In this document: in pieces, positions 29,476 to 58,931 of the stretch
Position numbering within the stretch: position 1 is the first letter of the stretch
How the letters are laid out: every line of letters starts with the position of its first letter
From: Bugula neritina
Taxonomy: Eukaryota; Animalia; Bryozoa
Direction: 5' to 3'
DNA length: 64,000 nucleotides
Assembly (NCBI GenBank): GCA_964035545.1
Contig: OZ037765.1
Coordinates: 18,600,995 to 18,664,994 of the forward strand
The notes under the pieces: generated by a model
Seen by the model: the letters and a program-made list of their open reading frames with translations, nothing else
Databases searched by the model: none
What the model was told of the DNA's origin: nothing
Program-made: the position numbers and the translations under genes

Positions 29476-32400
29476 CTAAGTCAGTTGCGAGTGTCGGGGC
29501 TGCGAATTTAAAGTGTGGCAAGCTTGGCAGGGCGGAGAAAGTTGTGGTACTAGTGCCGCAGAGTTATGGTGCCCGAGTCTAACCAAGTCATCACCATCAT
29601 CTAACTGCGTTGACATGTAATGGTTTTCGTCGTACGCTTTATGGTATGGCTGATTCGGCTGACTAGGTAGAGGCCGGCTCTGGAGATTATGCATTGTGTG
29701 GAGGTGTGAATGCTGTGTACTCGATGGGTATACACCATCTGTTTTTATACTATTGCCACTGTACTCACTCTGAGGTGGTGTACTATATTGGGATGATGAT
29801 TTTCTCTTCCTATAGACACACAAGTGGAGAACTAAGACGGTAACTACTAAAGTACCAGCAAAGGTGCCAAAGACAGCTATAATTATGTCAATAATTGTAA
29901 AATATTTTTTCTTGAAGACGTCTGTTTGTACATCTGCATCAGCTCCCTCGTTGTTAGGAATAATTATTTCCTTGGGAGTTGAGCTGGCTAGGTTTGCACA
30001 GGGCTGTTTAGTGTTCTGTAGAGCAAGGGGCCAGGAGAGGCTGACAGTAGTGGATGTGTTACCCCCTTCATTAGAAGCCACACATGTGTACGTGCCTTGT
30101 ATTTGAGAGTCTGTAGGGAGAGCCTGTATTACTGCCTCAGTGACAGGATCTTCAGTGGCATCAGTGATCTCGAGGACACCGGTAGGGTGCTGCCATGTGA
30201 CTCGAGGAGGGGGGTGGGCTCTGGAGATGCATCTGAGCACCCCCTTGTCCTCCTCAAACACTATTTCAGTGTTTAAACTTGGCTTATCGCAGAGGAAATC
30301 TACAGCTGTTAGCCTATTGAAGAATTCGCCTGCTACTCTAACTGGACTGTTGCATCTGGGCTCCATCTGACTGCTGGAGTCTTCTTGCTGAAACTTGCTT
30401 TTGTTTCCATCATAGAATATCTTAAGCCATCTAGACTTGCAATCACAAATTAAAGGATTCTCTTGGATTCTAAGAGTATCTAAAGATAAGAAAATGTCTT
30501 CCAAATCAGTAGAAAAACGGCTAATTTTATTTCCGCTGATGTAAAGTTTCTTCAAGCCTCTTGAAACTATTGGAATCAAAAATGCTGATGAAATTTCAGT
30601 GAGCTGACAGTTTTTTAAATCAATGACATCTGTTGACATTTGCGTGAAGCCCATAGGAGGAAGTGCAATGTTAGGGTTATCTCCGAGGAACAGGTAGGTA
30701 AGATGCAGTCCGGCAAAAGCACCAGGAGAAATGGCTCTCAAGTTGTTCAATGATAGGTCCAAGAGTTTCAGTTTTGTCAGATCTAGAAAAAACAAAAACA
30801 AAAGTTTGCACACATTCAGAGTATTATGCCATTACCAGCAATAGCAGTGTCGGCAAACATCTTTATCCAAAGATATCACATGGACATGTGTTAAGTTTGC
30901 TAATGTTTGAAAATGTATATTCTTCTGGGACTTAATACACACAGTTTACAGACTACTATAACCTAAGCGTAATGTTTAATCAAATAAAATGATTATTTAC
31001 TCCAAAGGAAATATATAACATTCCAAACAATCCCCTACCAAGCTGTGTTGACAGCAATATGATTGTAAAATTGCTTACTGGGCCAACATTCAAACTGTTG
31101 ATCAGAACATTATACCCTGACAGCTTTATGTGCTAGTCAACAAGCAACTACCTACTAAATTTTTAAGATAATGACAATAAGTTATAAGAATTAATAGAAA
31201 TTCAAGTGGTAGTCTGATAGAAGTGTTTTATGTCAATATGTTGGCAGTGATAAGAGCATGTTGAGAACAGACTGCAGATGGTAGATGGCTAGATTGGTCT
31301 AATTTCAATTCATGTACCTTGATGTGTTGGTAAAATAAAGAAAGGATATTATTATATTATAGAGCTACTCAAGTGGCCTAGTCATTAGCCATTGTGTGCT
31401 TAAGTCCAGCTCGAGTGTGTTTCTAGTTCTGGGAGAGGTAATCAAAGTGTGTGAGTGTTAAAGCCAATTTAGATTAATTTACAGAGTAAATTATTCTTGT
31501 CCACATATTATTGAGTTATTATGCCATGCAGATTGCTGAAGGAACAGAAATTAGATGCTTGTTTGATTAAAAATATTCAATTGCTATCATCTTTCCAATG
31601 ACAAATAAACACAATATCCTTATACCAATTAGGTTTTATCAAGATATTGAGCTATTTGTCTTTTAGAAAAACAATGTGTGTATATGGCTTCACCATTTCT
31701 GATATTCATAATATCAGAAGTCAAATATATCCTGATTGAGTCTTCCATCATTTAGCATTGCAATTTCCTTTTAAAACACAATATTATTGCATTCTGAATT
31801 ATTTGTTCTAGTAAAAAAGTCAACTCACATGATAAAAAGTATGCAGTTAGCAACTTAACTACCATGCTTCACTCTTTATCATCACTGACTTGAATAGTGA
31901 TTATGGAAATATTTATTGTTTTATCTTGTACATTATAGGTGACTATCATATTTATCCAGAGTTTACATGGAAGGTTCCAGCATGTCACCTGATAGACACT
32001 TTGACACACATGTCGTAAATCTTGCAGCAGAGTGTCACTGACAGCTAGACTCAGTGTGACTTAGAAGCTCCTCTCCTCAATCATAAATTACGCATTAACT
32101 CCTTTGATTGATATGCTATTAACTAACCAAAAAATAATCTTCAATGCGAATTTTGATAGTAAAAAATAAATAACAAATTGCTAAACTTTGCATAATTCTC
32201 AAGTTTAATCAAGTTTATCTGCAGCCAAAAATGTCATTTAAACCATCTCTGTGTAATAGATAGGCTTTTCATGCTAGAGAAGATCCTTTGAGAATCAAAT
32301 ATCTGGTGCATTTGCTTGGACAAAGGGTTCAGCTACGCGTTTAATTTGATATTATTTCTACATAATTGAAAGTCATTTCATCCAAATTACCGATTAATTG

Positions 32401-34040
32401 ACACAGCCACAGAAAAAATCAATGCCCTGACTAGGGTGCGGGTTACTAACATTTCAGTGAACTAGGTCACAGAATTGGAAACAATAAGCAAGTCTAGAAA
32501 AATAATAAAAATTCCCACAAAATAGCTTTCAGTAGACCATAATTATGTAATGATGCACCATTTGAGTAAACATGCAGGTAACTAAGTTACTGAAGCTGCC
32601 ACAGTAATTTTGTTTAATGGTGTGAATAAGAAACCTTTGACTGAAAACAAACCAACTTTTTATTAAGATATTAGCTCGGCTTAACAAAAGCCAAACAATA
32701 TTAAGGATATTCTGGTTTTTGAAAGTTTACCAGAGAACAAAGCTAAACAATGGTATTGTCACTTCCCCTACACCCCCTAGGCTCAAAATAGATTCAAAAT
32801 CTTAGAGGTTAAACAACTTTTTCATTTTGGCAACACAAAGGTTATTTTACACCATACAGTTTCCAACTTAAAGCCTTTTGTGGTTTGGGCCATTAGATAA
32901 AAGTTGCAATATGAAAATTCTAGTTACTTCTTTTGTTGGTTCATATTAAATTTATGTTTAAGCTGACTTGCTCTAATCTCAGAGGTCTCTTTAACTCAAG
33001 ATTATACAAGTCTTTGTTACTCACAGAACCTAGTTAAGTAACTAATAGGTTTATATTGTAACTTTTTATAAAAGTCTTAAACTATTATGTTATACAATTA
33101 GAGAAAATTAGTTCTGCAGGAAATAAATAATTGTGTCGGATTGAATAACAGGTTTAAAAGATTTGTTTTAACACTAAATTACCATAATATGCTTATAGGC
33201 TTAATTGAAGAAAATTTAAATATTATTAGGATAATAGGATTTATATGGGGAGGACCTGTGGACAGGATTCTAAGCCAATCTGACTGGTTACTGCTGGCCA
33301 CAAAACTCTTAGTTTTACTTTGCAAAAAAGTAGGTGGGTTAATTTGGGTGGAAGAGTTTATATAATAAATACTATAATCAATAGAGGGAAATGATTTCTT
33401 GATAACTTCTCTCACAAGTTGTGTTGAAAGTAAATTAACTGCTGGCCAGGTTTTCAATACCCTAGAATTTGAATAGATGTTAACCAGATAGGTGATTTGT
33501 GTACATAGCAGATAACAGTGCTTGTACAGACACTGCATATTATATTAAGGTTTAAGTGATTTCAAAATAGTGTTAGACCAATTTAAAGATTTCTCAGTAT
33601 ATTGCAACGAGTCATTACTGGGAAAAACCAAATATGTATTGCTTTTCAGAATTTCTTTCATATTGTGTCATACTGGCAAAAACAGTTCCTAACATTTTTA
33701 AAGAGCAGAAATCTAAGTGATACACGAAAGCAATATACGACATACCTTTAAATGTATCAGGATTAACGAGTTCAATTCCACAGCCACTCAGGTTGATATC
33801 TGTTAGATTAGGTAGACTGGTGAAATTGGACCTCCTGAGAACGTTCATGGTAAATATATTATTATTAAGGTCCAGGAAGGAAACATCTGCGCTGGTATCT
33901 TCAGGTATTCTCTTCACAGAGTTAGGGTCACATCTGAGCTGCCCGGTGGGGCAGAAACAGCCGGTAGGGCAGCTGACTGTGGACAGGATATTAGATGTGA
34001 GGGTTAGGAGGATACAGAGAGAGAACTTAGCCTGTCTCAT
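29476..34040 (-). CDS. LRR- and Ig-domain type I transmembrane protein (LIG family; Kekkon/LRRC24-like architecture), ~533 aa
   Basis: Exon 33746-34040 encodes the signal peptide MRQAKFSLCILLTLTSNILS, LRRNT CPTGCFCPTGQLRC and LRRs. A phase-1 intron joins it to exon 29476-30782, which encodes LRRs, LRRCT NPLICDC..WL, an Ig domain (LRC..PPPRVTW..GTYTCVASN), the TM segment IIDIIIAVFGTFAGTLVVTVLVLHLCVY-RKRK and a Tyr-rich tail. An upstream in-frame ATG lies at 34112. Confidence 0.93.
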
Positions 34041-37000
34041 ACTTGTACTTCTTCTGTATCCAGTGCTTGTATGCGCTGCAATGTATATGGGGGTGACTAT
34101 AACATGCGGCATACGACACTCATGGCAGACAGGAGCAAAACACTAGGCTTTGAAAGAGAAGAACTGCCTGTTTTTCACCCTTTGAAGTCGAAGCTCTATG
34201 ATTTATATGCATACAGATTTAAAGACTGATATTAGACAACCTATTAAACCAGTCAGCTTAAAATCCATACACAACCAACTAAGCTGTAGTCAAATATTTT
34301 ATGTTAATGATTGGTAAAAATATTTTAAATAAATCAACACTACAAGTTTAACGAAAATTCTTGAAAATAATGAGTATAATTTTTCAATAGAAAATTAATC
34401 TGTGCAGACCCCTAGGAAGTGCTACAACCGTTGCTTCATAATTTGTAGCTGCTGAGACTGCTTACGTCAACATAGAGACTGGTGTTACATAACTATTGCT
34501 AGACCAATAGCTGAGTTGAGTGGCTGCAAGGGTCGACAGACCACTTATTTCACTAAATTTCATTTAAATGTCATACAAAAGTAATCAAGCATTTCAAATA
34601 GGGCTATTTTATAATTTATACAGAATAATGATAATATAAATTAAAACACATCGCCTCCTGCATTCATACAGCATATGAACTGGCAGTAGCAGCACTTTTC
34701 ATCTTACAAAAATATTATTTATTGGGGCGTGAGAAACTGACCTAATATTTGCATCTCAAAGTTGTTTTGCATACATAAATATTAGGCAGTATGGGAGGCA
34801 GGTACATTGTTTATAGGAGTTTGGGCAGTAATTAGTACAAAACTCATGTGGCATGTAACATGAGCAGCATTACAGTCAGTGAAGAGATTCACACACTGTA
34901 TAATACGAGTGTAGCATTCTACAACTGCTATGCAACAAGTTGCTGCCTTTTACTGCCTGTGAAATTTCATTTTTAATTTGCTCTTTTTCCCATAAAATTG
35001 ACATTTTATTACTAACATAATTTAAAATAATGTTATGCAACATTATTTTTATGGGACATAATAATTATTAGACTTAGAAATTAATATTATTAAAGGCAAT
35101 AATTGCACAGCTTAAAGTATAGGATAATTGATAGTGTGTGAGGCTGGAGGTTTTATATCTCCAAGATTGAGGAGCATTATCATAACTCTAGGTAGATGTT
35201 ATCACCGATGATGTCTGGTATGAACACTTCTGTGTGAATCGGAGCATCAAGTACTTGTTTTTGTTTGCTCTTCATTGAAATTCATTTTCAAATGAGAAAA
35301 CATAATCAACTTTTAAAGAGCCATTAAACAACATCAGTAGATTAATTTTACATCTTTTCAAAGATGATGAAAGTAAATGGGCTGCTCAGTGCTTGAAGAC
35401 TGTTGAGAAAGTAGCATCTAGCAACGAGATATAAACAAGCTGATGAGGTTCATTGTCTTTACACAACTAATCAGTGCTGTGAATGGGAGCGCATAGCATG
35501 CTTATTCCTCAATTTCCTAGCTAATAACAAGTAAGAGCTGAACCTTAACACACTGCAGTCTTTGAGTTATGTTTACCTATAGTTAGGGCAATTAAGGAGG
35601 TTATCTTGTTGAATTATGTGATAATGATTATAACTTGGCTTGTATGCAGGCTCCATACTATTGTAGTACAGGCTCTCTTCTTCGTGTTATCAGGTTAAAC
35701 TATCTATACAAGGCAGAAGGTGCTTTGGGTAATTAGTTGATTGGGATTTGATGTTTGCTGCACTTCCCAAGCCTTCAAAGACACCACCTCACCCTCCCCC
35801 AGTAAAACTAGACTTCTGCTTCTCAAACAGCTCTGTTTCTTAAACAGCACGTACGTCATGCCTCCAAGCTACTAATAAACCAATTTACTGAATACATATT
35901 CCGCCAAGTTTACTCCTTTAATCTCTTTCTACAGGATTAGTAATTATATCAAAAGCCGTACCATAGCAGTTAAAATCCTAGTAATTATAGTGAATGGTTT
36001 GCTGAGTAAAGTCAACAGCCTAACCTGTACAAACTTATCTATGTTTTAGTTTCGGTCAGCCATAAATAATCACGGCTGAAATGAGCAAGTCATATGATAG
36101 TCAAATGGGGGCAATTGATTAGTAAATAATAGAGCAGTGACACCTGAACAATACCGTGCCCAGAGAGTATTTGCACAGTTCATCAGTGGATACAAGCTTA
36201 GTAAGGAATGCTGTGGTTTGATTGTTTGTCTTATTGACAGTATTAAATAATAATAAGTTGGAAAGGCCATCAAAACTAGAAGTCTCTCTTCGAATGTAAT
36301 AATTATGTATCAGTTCGTTACTGAATTCACCAAATGCAGTACATCTTTATAAAAGTTATTACACATAGTACAATTACATTGCTACAGTATCACCAGCAAA
36401 TATCTCATAACTCATGTGTGGTTTTATTTGTGAAGTCAAATTCTCCTGGTACCTACCAAACATAACCTGACTGTGTAACATTCACGTGATAGGGAAGAGA
36501 TCAACAAATCTACTGACTAACTCAAACCTTTGAAGGTGGCTCTCAGCATCAACCACATATTTATCAATGTTATGAGGACAAGTTGTAAGTGCTAAACAAT
36601 TAATATCAACACTTTAGAGCTCATGACAGCATGCTTGACACCAATATTGTCACCATATCAGCAGATGCTTTTCTTTTTATTTTCAGATACTAAAGTCGTA
36701 ATCCTATAGTTTAGCCTTAGGCCATTGGTTTTCAAGTGTTATTTACACAGTTGCTGATATTAACCATGTGTCTTGGTACATGCAATAGTTGTGGCTAGAA
36801 AACCAAAACCATTTAGAAAGCTGTCTCCTAACAACTGCTGAGACTTTATGAAGTTAGTTCTAATGGCTAGTTCTACAGGAACATACAGATATAAGTTTAC
36901 AACTTACTTAATAACAGCTACCAATGTACAGTGCAACAAACTTTTATCTATAAAAGCATCAACTCCACCCTACATATATAAATATATAAAAATTCAATCA

Positions 37001-37981
37001 TTCCTTCTACATAATCTATGATCTTGCCACATATCAGTATAGGGCTGTAACCTTAGCATTAGGCAAGATGGATGAAACAGAATTTAAAAAAAATATTTCA
37101 ACAGCTGTCAAAATTTGATCATCAAAAAGACATTTCTGAGAAATAATATCCATAATTGGCATAAGATTGATAATAGTTTGACTACTGCTATTATAGAATG
37201 TATTATTAGAATGACAATTTGATAATTATTTATTGAGTTAACATTAGTCTGCTCTCTGGGCATTACCTGCCTATAGTGGAATGCAATCTGGTGCAACAAG
37301 CACCTTCAAATAGCAAATTCCATACTCATGAAATTATTGCATTACCATAAACATTTTATGGAATTTGCATGCCGAGTAGTTCATAAAATTCTCACCTATG
37401 CATATGGCAGAGTCATTATCAAGAAAGGCTAAGGTATGTTCAGCTAATAACCAAGTTAGCTGTGCTCATAATCTCATGAAAATGAATACCCACATGTTAA
37501 TTAGTGAAATACTGCTTACAGTTATTTATCTCGGGTTACCTTTAAGTATAATATTTATATTATGATGGGAAGAGGTACTGGTACGCTTTAGCGTTCCCTT
37601 TAAGAGTAATGTAAAAGCTTACTTCAAGTTAACAAGTTCAGAAAAAAGAAAAATGCACTAATTTACACTTACTGTTGGTATGCAATACTCCAACCTACCC
37701 ATTACATTAGGCACAGGAACATTCGACTTACCTAGTCTCTCTAAACTCTTTAAATCTATCAGTGTCTGCATATGATTATTATTATGAGAACTGGTTGTAT
37801 ATAATATATTATAGTTATACAATATACATACTGAAGTTCAGGATTAGAGTATGATCATTAAATAGTTAATCATTAATTATATTTCCAACTTCAACTTGAC
37901 AATAATTATGTATCAAATATAATATAATAAAAATAAGATAACTATAAACTTGATAATCAAAAGTTACAGTTTTCCTCAGGT

Positions 37982-38092
37982 TTTAACTCTAAGAATAAGT
38001 GCCACTAGCAAGTTTAAATGGAAAACAATGTAGCCAAAATCAACTTTGTTTTCCATTTAAACTTGCTAGTGGCACTTATTCTTAGAGTTAAA
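37982..38092. repeat. Perfect 47-bp inverted repeat with 17-nt spacer
   Basis: 37982-38028 TTTAACTCTAAGAATAAGTGCCACTAGCAAGTTTAAATGGAAAACAA is the exact reverse complement of 38046-38092. Confidence 0.95.
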
Positions 38093-38321
38093 TCATTTTT
38101 ATGTTGAAAATAGTGAGATTCAAATTGGCATATTTGAGTCAAAAGAAATATGCAGTATCATTATTATTCCTTTTCATATTGTTATTAACATATAAGTTAT
38201 GACTTATTTATATTATAAATATAATACCTAGTCTTATTGGTTATTACTATTAGTATTACTAGAAGTAGATGCTACAACTACAAGTACTATTAGTATTACA
38301 TAGAATTAGAATAAAGCCTCG

Positions 38322-38810
38322 ACTTACCAGAAATAGTGATAGTCCTAGGGCTGGATGTGTGCACTGCCCCTTTTACCAAGAGTATTAGTCATATAGCTGG
38401 TATCAGATGAGATTCGGTATCAGTATCGTATGTTGAGTTGTTCTGCTTTTATATTGCTCTCCAACTCTGACTGCTTCAATTTGAAAATGAATGTCTGATA
38501 TTCCCTATAGATAAGTCATAAGCTACAATACTCTGTGTTTCAGTTTGTCTTAGTTTACAGCGACGCCTTCAATATTCTTTAACCTGTGTTATCTAGTGCA
38601 AATTACACTTCTTCAGTGAACTCTCAAAACGCAAATAATGTAATACGAAAAACAAACCTCATTATGTGAGTCCACACGCCAATAATTACTACAATATAGC
38701 GTTTGTGCATGTGCTCATCCAATGCCTATTCCGACAATTAATTTCTTTTGTGCTGAATAAATAACTGGGCTTTGATTGGTTGAGCATAATGCTCTCAGCC
38801 AATACTATTT
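38322..38810 (-). promoter_or_regulatory. Candidate non-coding first exon and promoter of the LRR-Ig gene
   Basis: Strong minus-strand donor CTG|GTAAGT at ~38322-38330, and four CCAAT/ATTGG boxes within ~38679-38803. Confidence 0.35.
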
Positions 38811-41763
38811 ACTTCTCTACCTCTATTGCAGCCGTATAAAATGTTTACACATTATAGAGTTGTCTTTGAAGATAACAGGCTGATAACGTATTTCTAAAGC
38901 ATTGTGTAGGCTATAGAGTATAGAGTATGGTAGATGGTTCTAAAGTTGCTATCTACAAAGTTCTAGGTAGTAGGACCTCTAGCTACCGAATTATTTAGGC
39001 AGAGTTTCTAAATGTTAAGAGTATACTGTATACAGGTCCACAGTTGCACGAATGACTATGTCGGTGGCTTCTGAAGTTATGTAACTGTCCACTGGGGGTC
39101 AAATCTAAGTAAAAGATCTCTTTCACCTATGGTCAAATTAAGGCTTTAAAAGAGGCCCTTTAGAATATAAAGCCTTTCATCATTATATATAAGTCTTTTA
39201 TCAATAAAACTTCTTCAACATAATATCATTGAATCAAGGTTGTCTAGTTAGCAGCAGTAGAGAAGTAGACAACTCCGTAAAAATACTGATGATTTCTCCC
39301 TCAATAATGAACGGACTATAAAGTGTTGCAACACTTTTGCTGGAAAATACACAAAAAGCTGTCCAATAGTTTTACTGGGAAAAAGTTACATATAATAAAA
39401 CAGTTACAGTAAAAATACATCAAATATGGCACAACTCTTTAAAACTGGTGGTCAGATTAAATAAATGCAAATTCATGCTGAAATACATTTTTACTCCATT
39501 TAGAATTTTCATTGCTGGTTTGAAAGAGAAAAACTTTACTCTTGTAAGAAAAAAGCAGTGTTAGTTGTTTTTATCTCAACTTAACCTGCCAAATACCTAT
39601 TGAAATTTTTCAATTGTTGAAATAATATAATTTAGTATCCCTATTATATATTTTAGAACCAAAGATGAGATAATCTGTAAATATATATGTACAATAACTT
39701 ATAAACAAACATATTCAAAATAGGACCTATACATCTGCATCAGCAGGCATTTATAACCCACTTACCTTCAGGAAATCTAAAAGCACCCTTTTTAAAACTC
39801 TATTTAACTAATGAGAAAGCCATCAAATAGACAATGCTGCTGCTTATTATTTTTTTCAAAGGTAATGATATATTATGTTATTGACATTATTATCTTCCTA
39901 ATTTGAGGCACAATGTATATTGTATATTGTGATACAAGTAACCTATGCTGTGTACTATTTCAGCCATTGAGATGTTTCAACTTGACTTTGTAAAGTTCTT
40001 AAACCAGAACTTGTTTGGTATTTGGATTTACAAGTACTTAGACACCATTGCAATTTCATGTTATTTTAAAACTAAGGCTAATAGTTTCCTCATATGTGGC
40101 ACAGGAGCTGACTGGATGCTTTTCCTAACATTACTAATGGGAATCGAACTACTAACCTTGTGTTTACTAAGCCGATGCTCTAACCCTAGATGATCACTCT
40201 GCTCCTAGAATTTTGAAGGCATACAACACGCAGCATATTGAAATATAACTTAGATTTTATTGGCTTGCAGTAAATTGCAATTTATTTGAACAACGAATCT
40301 GCAAGTTATTTCGATTCTAAATACAATTTGTGTGATAACTCTTCAATCAGTTGGCAAATAACTAACCTCACTTCTTTATTTCAGTAGATATTTTGCCCAA
40401 TAACTGGTACCCCTAAACAGACACCACCAGTAAAACTACAACATTATACAATAAGTACACCAGCAAAAGTTTTTCTAACACTTCATTTGTGTAAATACAA
40501 CTCTTGTATTACAAATTTTTAGTGTGTATGATCACGTTTAAAAATATAATTAAGTAGCTGTAGTCAAAGTAGAAAATTACCTGTAGAGATGACAAAGTTT
40601 TTGCAAATTTAAACTTTGTGGAAAATAAATACAATCAGTATAACCACATAGAACAATTGTGAATAATAATTTTCGTCGTCATTGATTTAGCAAGTAGGAG
40701 CACATGTGTGACAACAAAATGATGCTGTTGGCACTTGAGCAACAATTACAGTTCTTTAGAAGTTCATTTTGAGTATTGTGTGAGAGTAATGATTGAAACA
40801 GTTAACTTTATTTACAATTCATACTTTATTAGTTTAAAAACATGTTATTACATCATCATAGTAAGCAAGAATTAAAATTACCATCGAGTATCTTTACACT
40901 TTAGCTTTCTAGCCTTTAGCTCTGACATTTCTCTTGATTATCTAAATGCCTGTGGCTATCTTATATTGAAAATAGATTTCAATAAATCAGCAACCAAAAT
41001 TTGCAATATAATAGAAATTATGAACGAGCCCAAAAATTTCCAAAATACGTCACCAACCGAAATGCCATAACTAGGGCCCAATATTTTTCAGTAGAGCATA
41101 TTCTATATAAAAATATAATTCAAGAAAACAACACGCTTCCTTTGTCAGATTATCATAAATTATTATTTGCAAAATATGAAACTATGCAAGTAATGTACAT
41201 CATCACCATTATGCCCAATAATTCAGTACTAACTAGTTAAATAAATTTAGTAGTGGTTAACAAATTTATATTTCATTTATATTCAACTGAAGAAAAAATC
41301 GTTTGCCAGAAATGTAAAAAAAATTGACAAATAACTAACTTAACACCACCAAATGTTGGATACACCAGAAGCTGAAGTTGCATACTGACTACGAGTCATT
41401 ACGTTAAAGATCTTAGTTTATATCAATAATAGATCACCTAAGTTACATCAATGTATACCAAGCGCTACTATACTTGAGATCTTATAGCATGACATAGTTA
41501 CTTAGTTGACCTATATATTTATTTATACAAAGAGTCAGATAGCAAATTTATAGAACTTTGGAAACAATGAGCATAGGCTGAGCCAGCATATTTGCCATTA
41601 CTGCATTACAAAACATATAAACTTTAAATTCAATTTGATTCTTAGCTACTTTTGATATGTTACAAAATTATAAGACTGTAGCAAATAATGCTCGGGTTGA
41701 CCTTTTGGACTATCAACCCTTTAGAAAAATATACACCATAGAAGACTATCTGTGAACTGATCA

Positions 41764-58115
<16,352 letters not shown>

Positions 58116-58865
58116 GATAATAAATAGCGACTATGTTTGCTCACAAGTACAAGAGTTACATAAAAAACATACCAATAGCGGTAGAGGTTTCAGAAACAAA
58201 ATAATATATGCAATTCATTATGACTGAGAAGGACGAGTTTATTAAGTTAAGATAACTTTGAGCAATGAACGATTGCGCAAGCACAAGCTTCTACTGTTTA
58301 GTAGGCGCTGTCAGTAGTCAGGTAACGACATTTTCTTTCAAAAAGTGTGTCACTTCTTTATTTCAGTTGCATTATGAACATCAGGTGGGCCAATCAGCAG
58401 CTGTGGATGACTGGTGATGTAAATAAGGTGACCACATTATTTAAACAGAATACCGGCTGTCATAACAACGCATAGCTACAGCAGCATGACAGCCATTAGA
58501 CACAACAGTACTAATTAAAGAAGCATCGGACACAATAATTAAGCAAGTCTAATAAGTATACAGACAACACTTGTATATTTCCTAGACAAAATACCTAGAT
58601 AATTTTTATTATAATCTTAAATAGATGAATTTTTTTAAAAATTTGAGAATTAGGCACATTTACGTTTAGAAATGAATGCCAGCATATTATTTAAAAAGCT
58701 ACAAAAGTATTCTACGTGCATTTGATTTTGCCATGTGCCGATAACTCTAGATTACAGTGCTATAGGTAGGATGCAACAGTAAATTTTTATGTTGGATTTT
58801 ATGGCTACATAATATATAATTTTTTTTCACCTATCTCCGCTTTGTCCTGTTTGGGTGGCAGAATA

Positions 58866-58868
<3 letters not shown>

Positions 58869-58930
<62 letters not shown>
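58869..58930. repeat. (TA)n microsatellite (~31 units)
   Basis: Read directly from the sequence. Confidence 0.97.

Positions 58931-58931
<1 letters not shown>

Noticed and set aside
39086-39103. CTCF-like motif TGTCCACTGGGGGTCAAA between the LRR-Ig and SRCR genes
   Set aside because: Two mismatches in the core. It cannot be supported without PWM or ChIP data.
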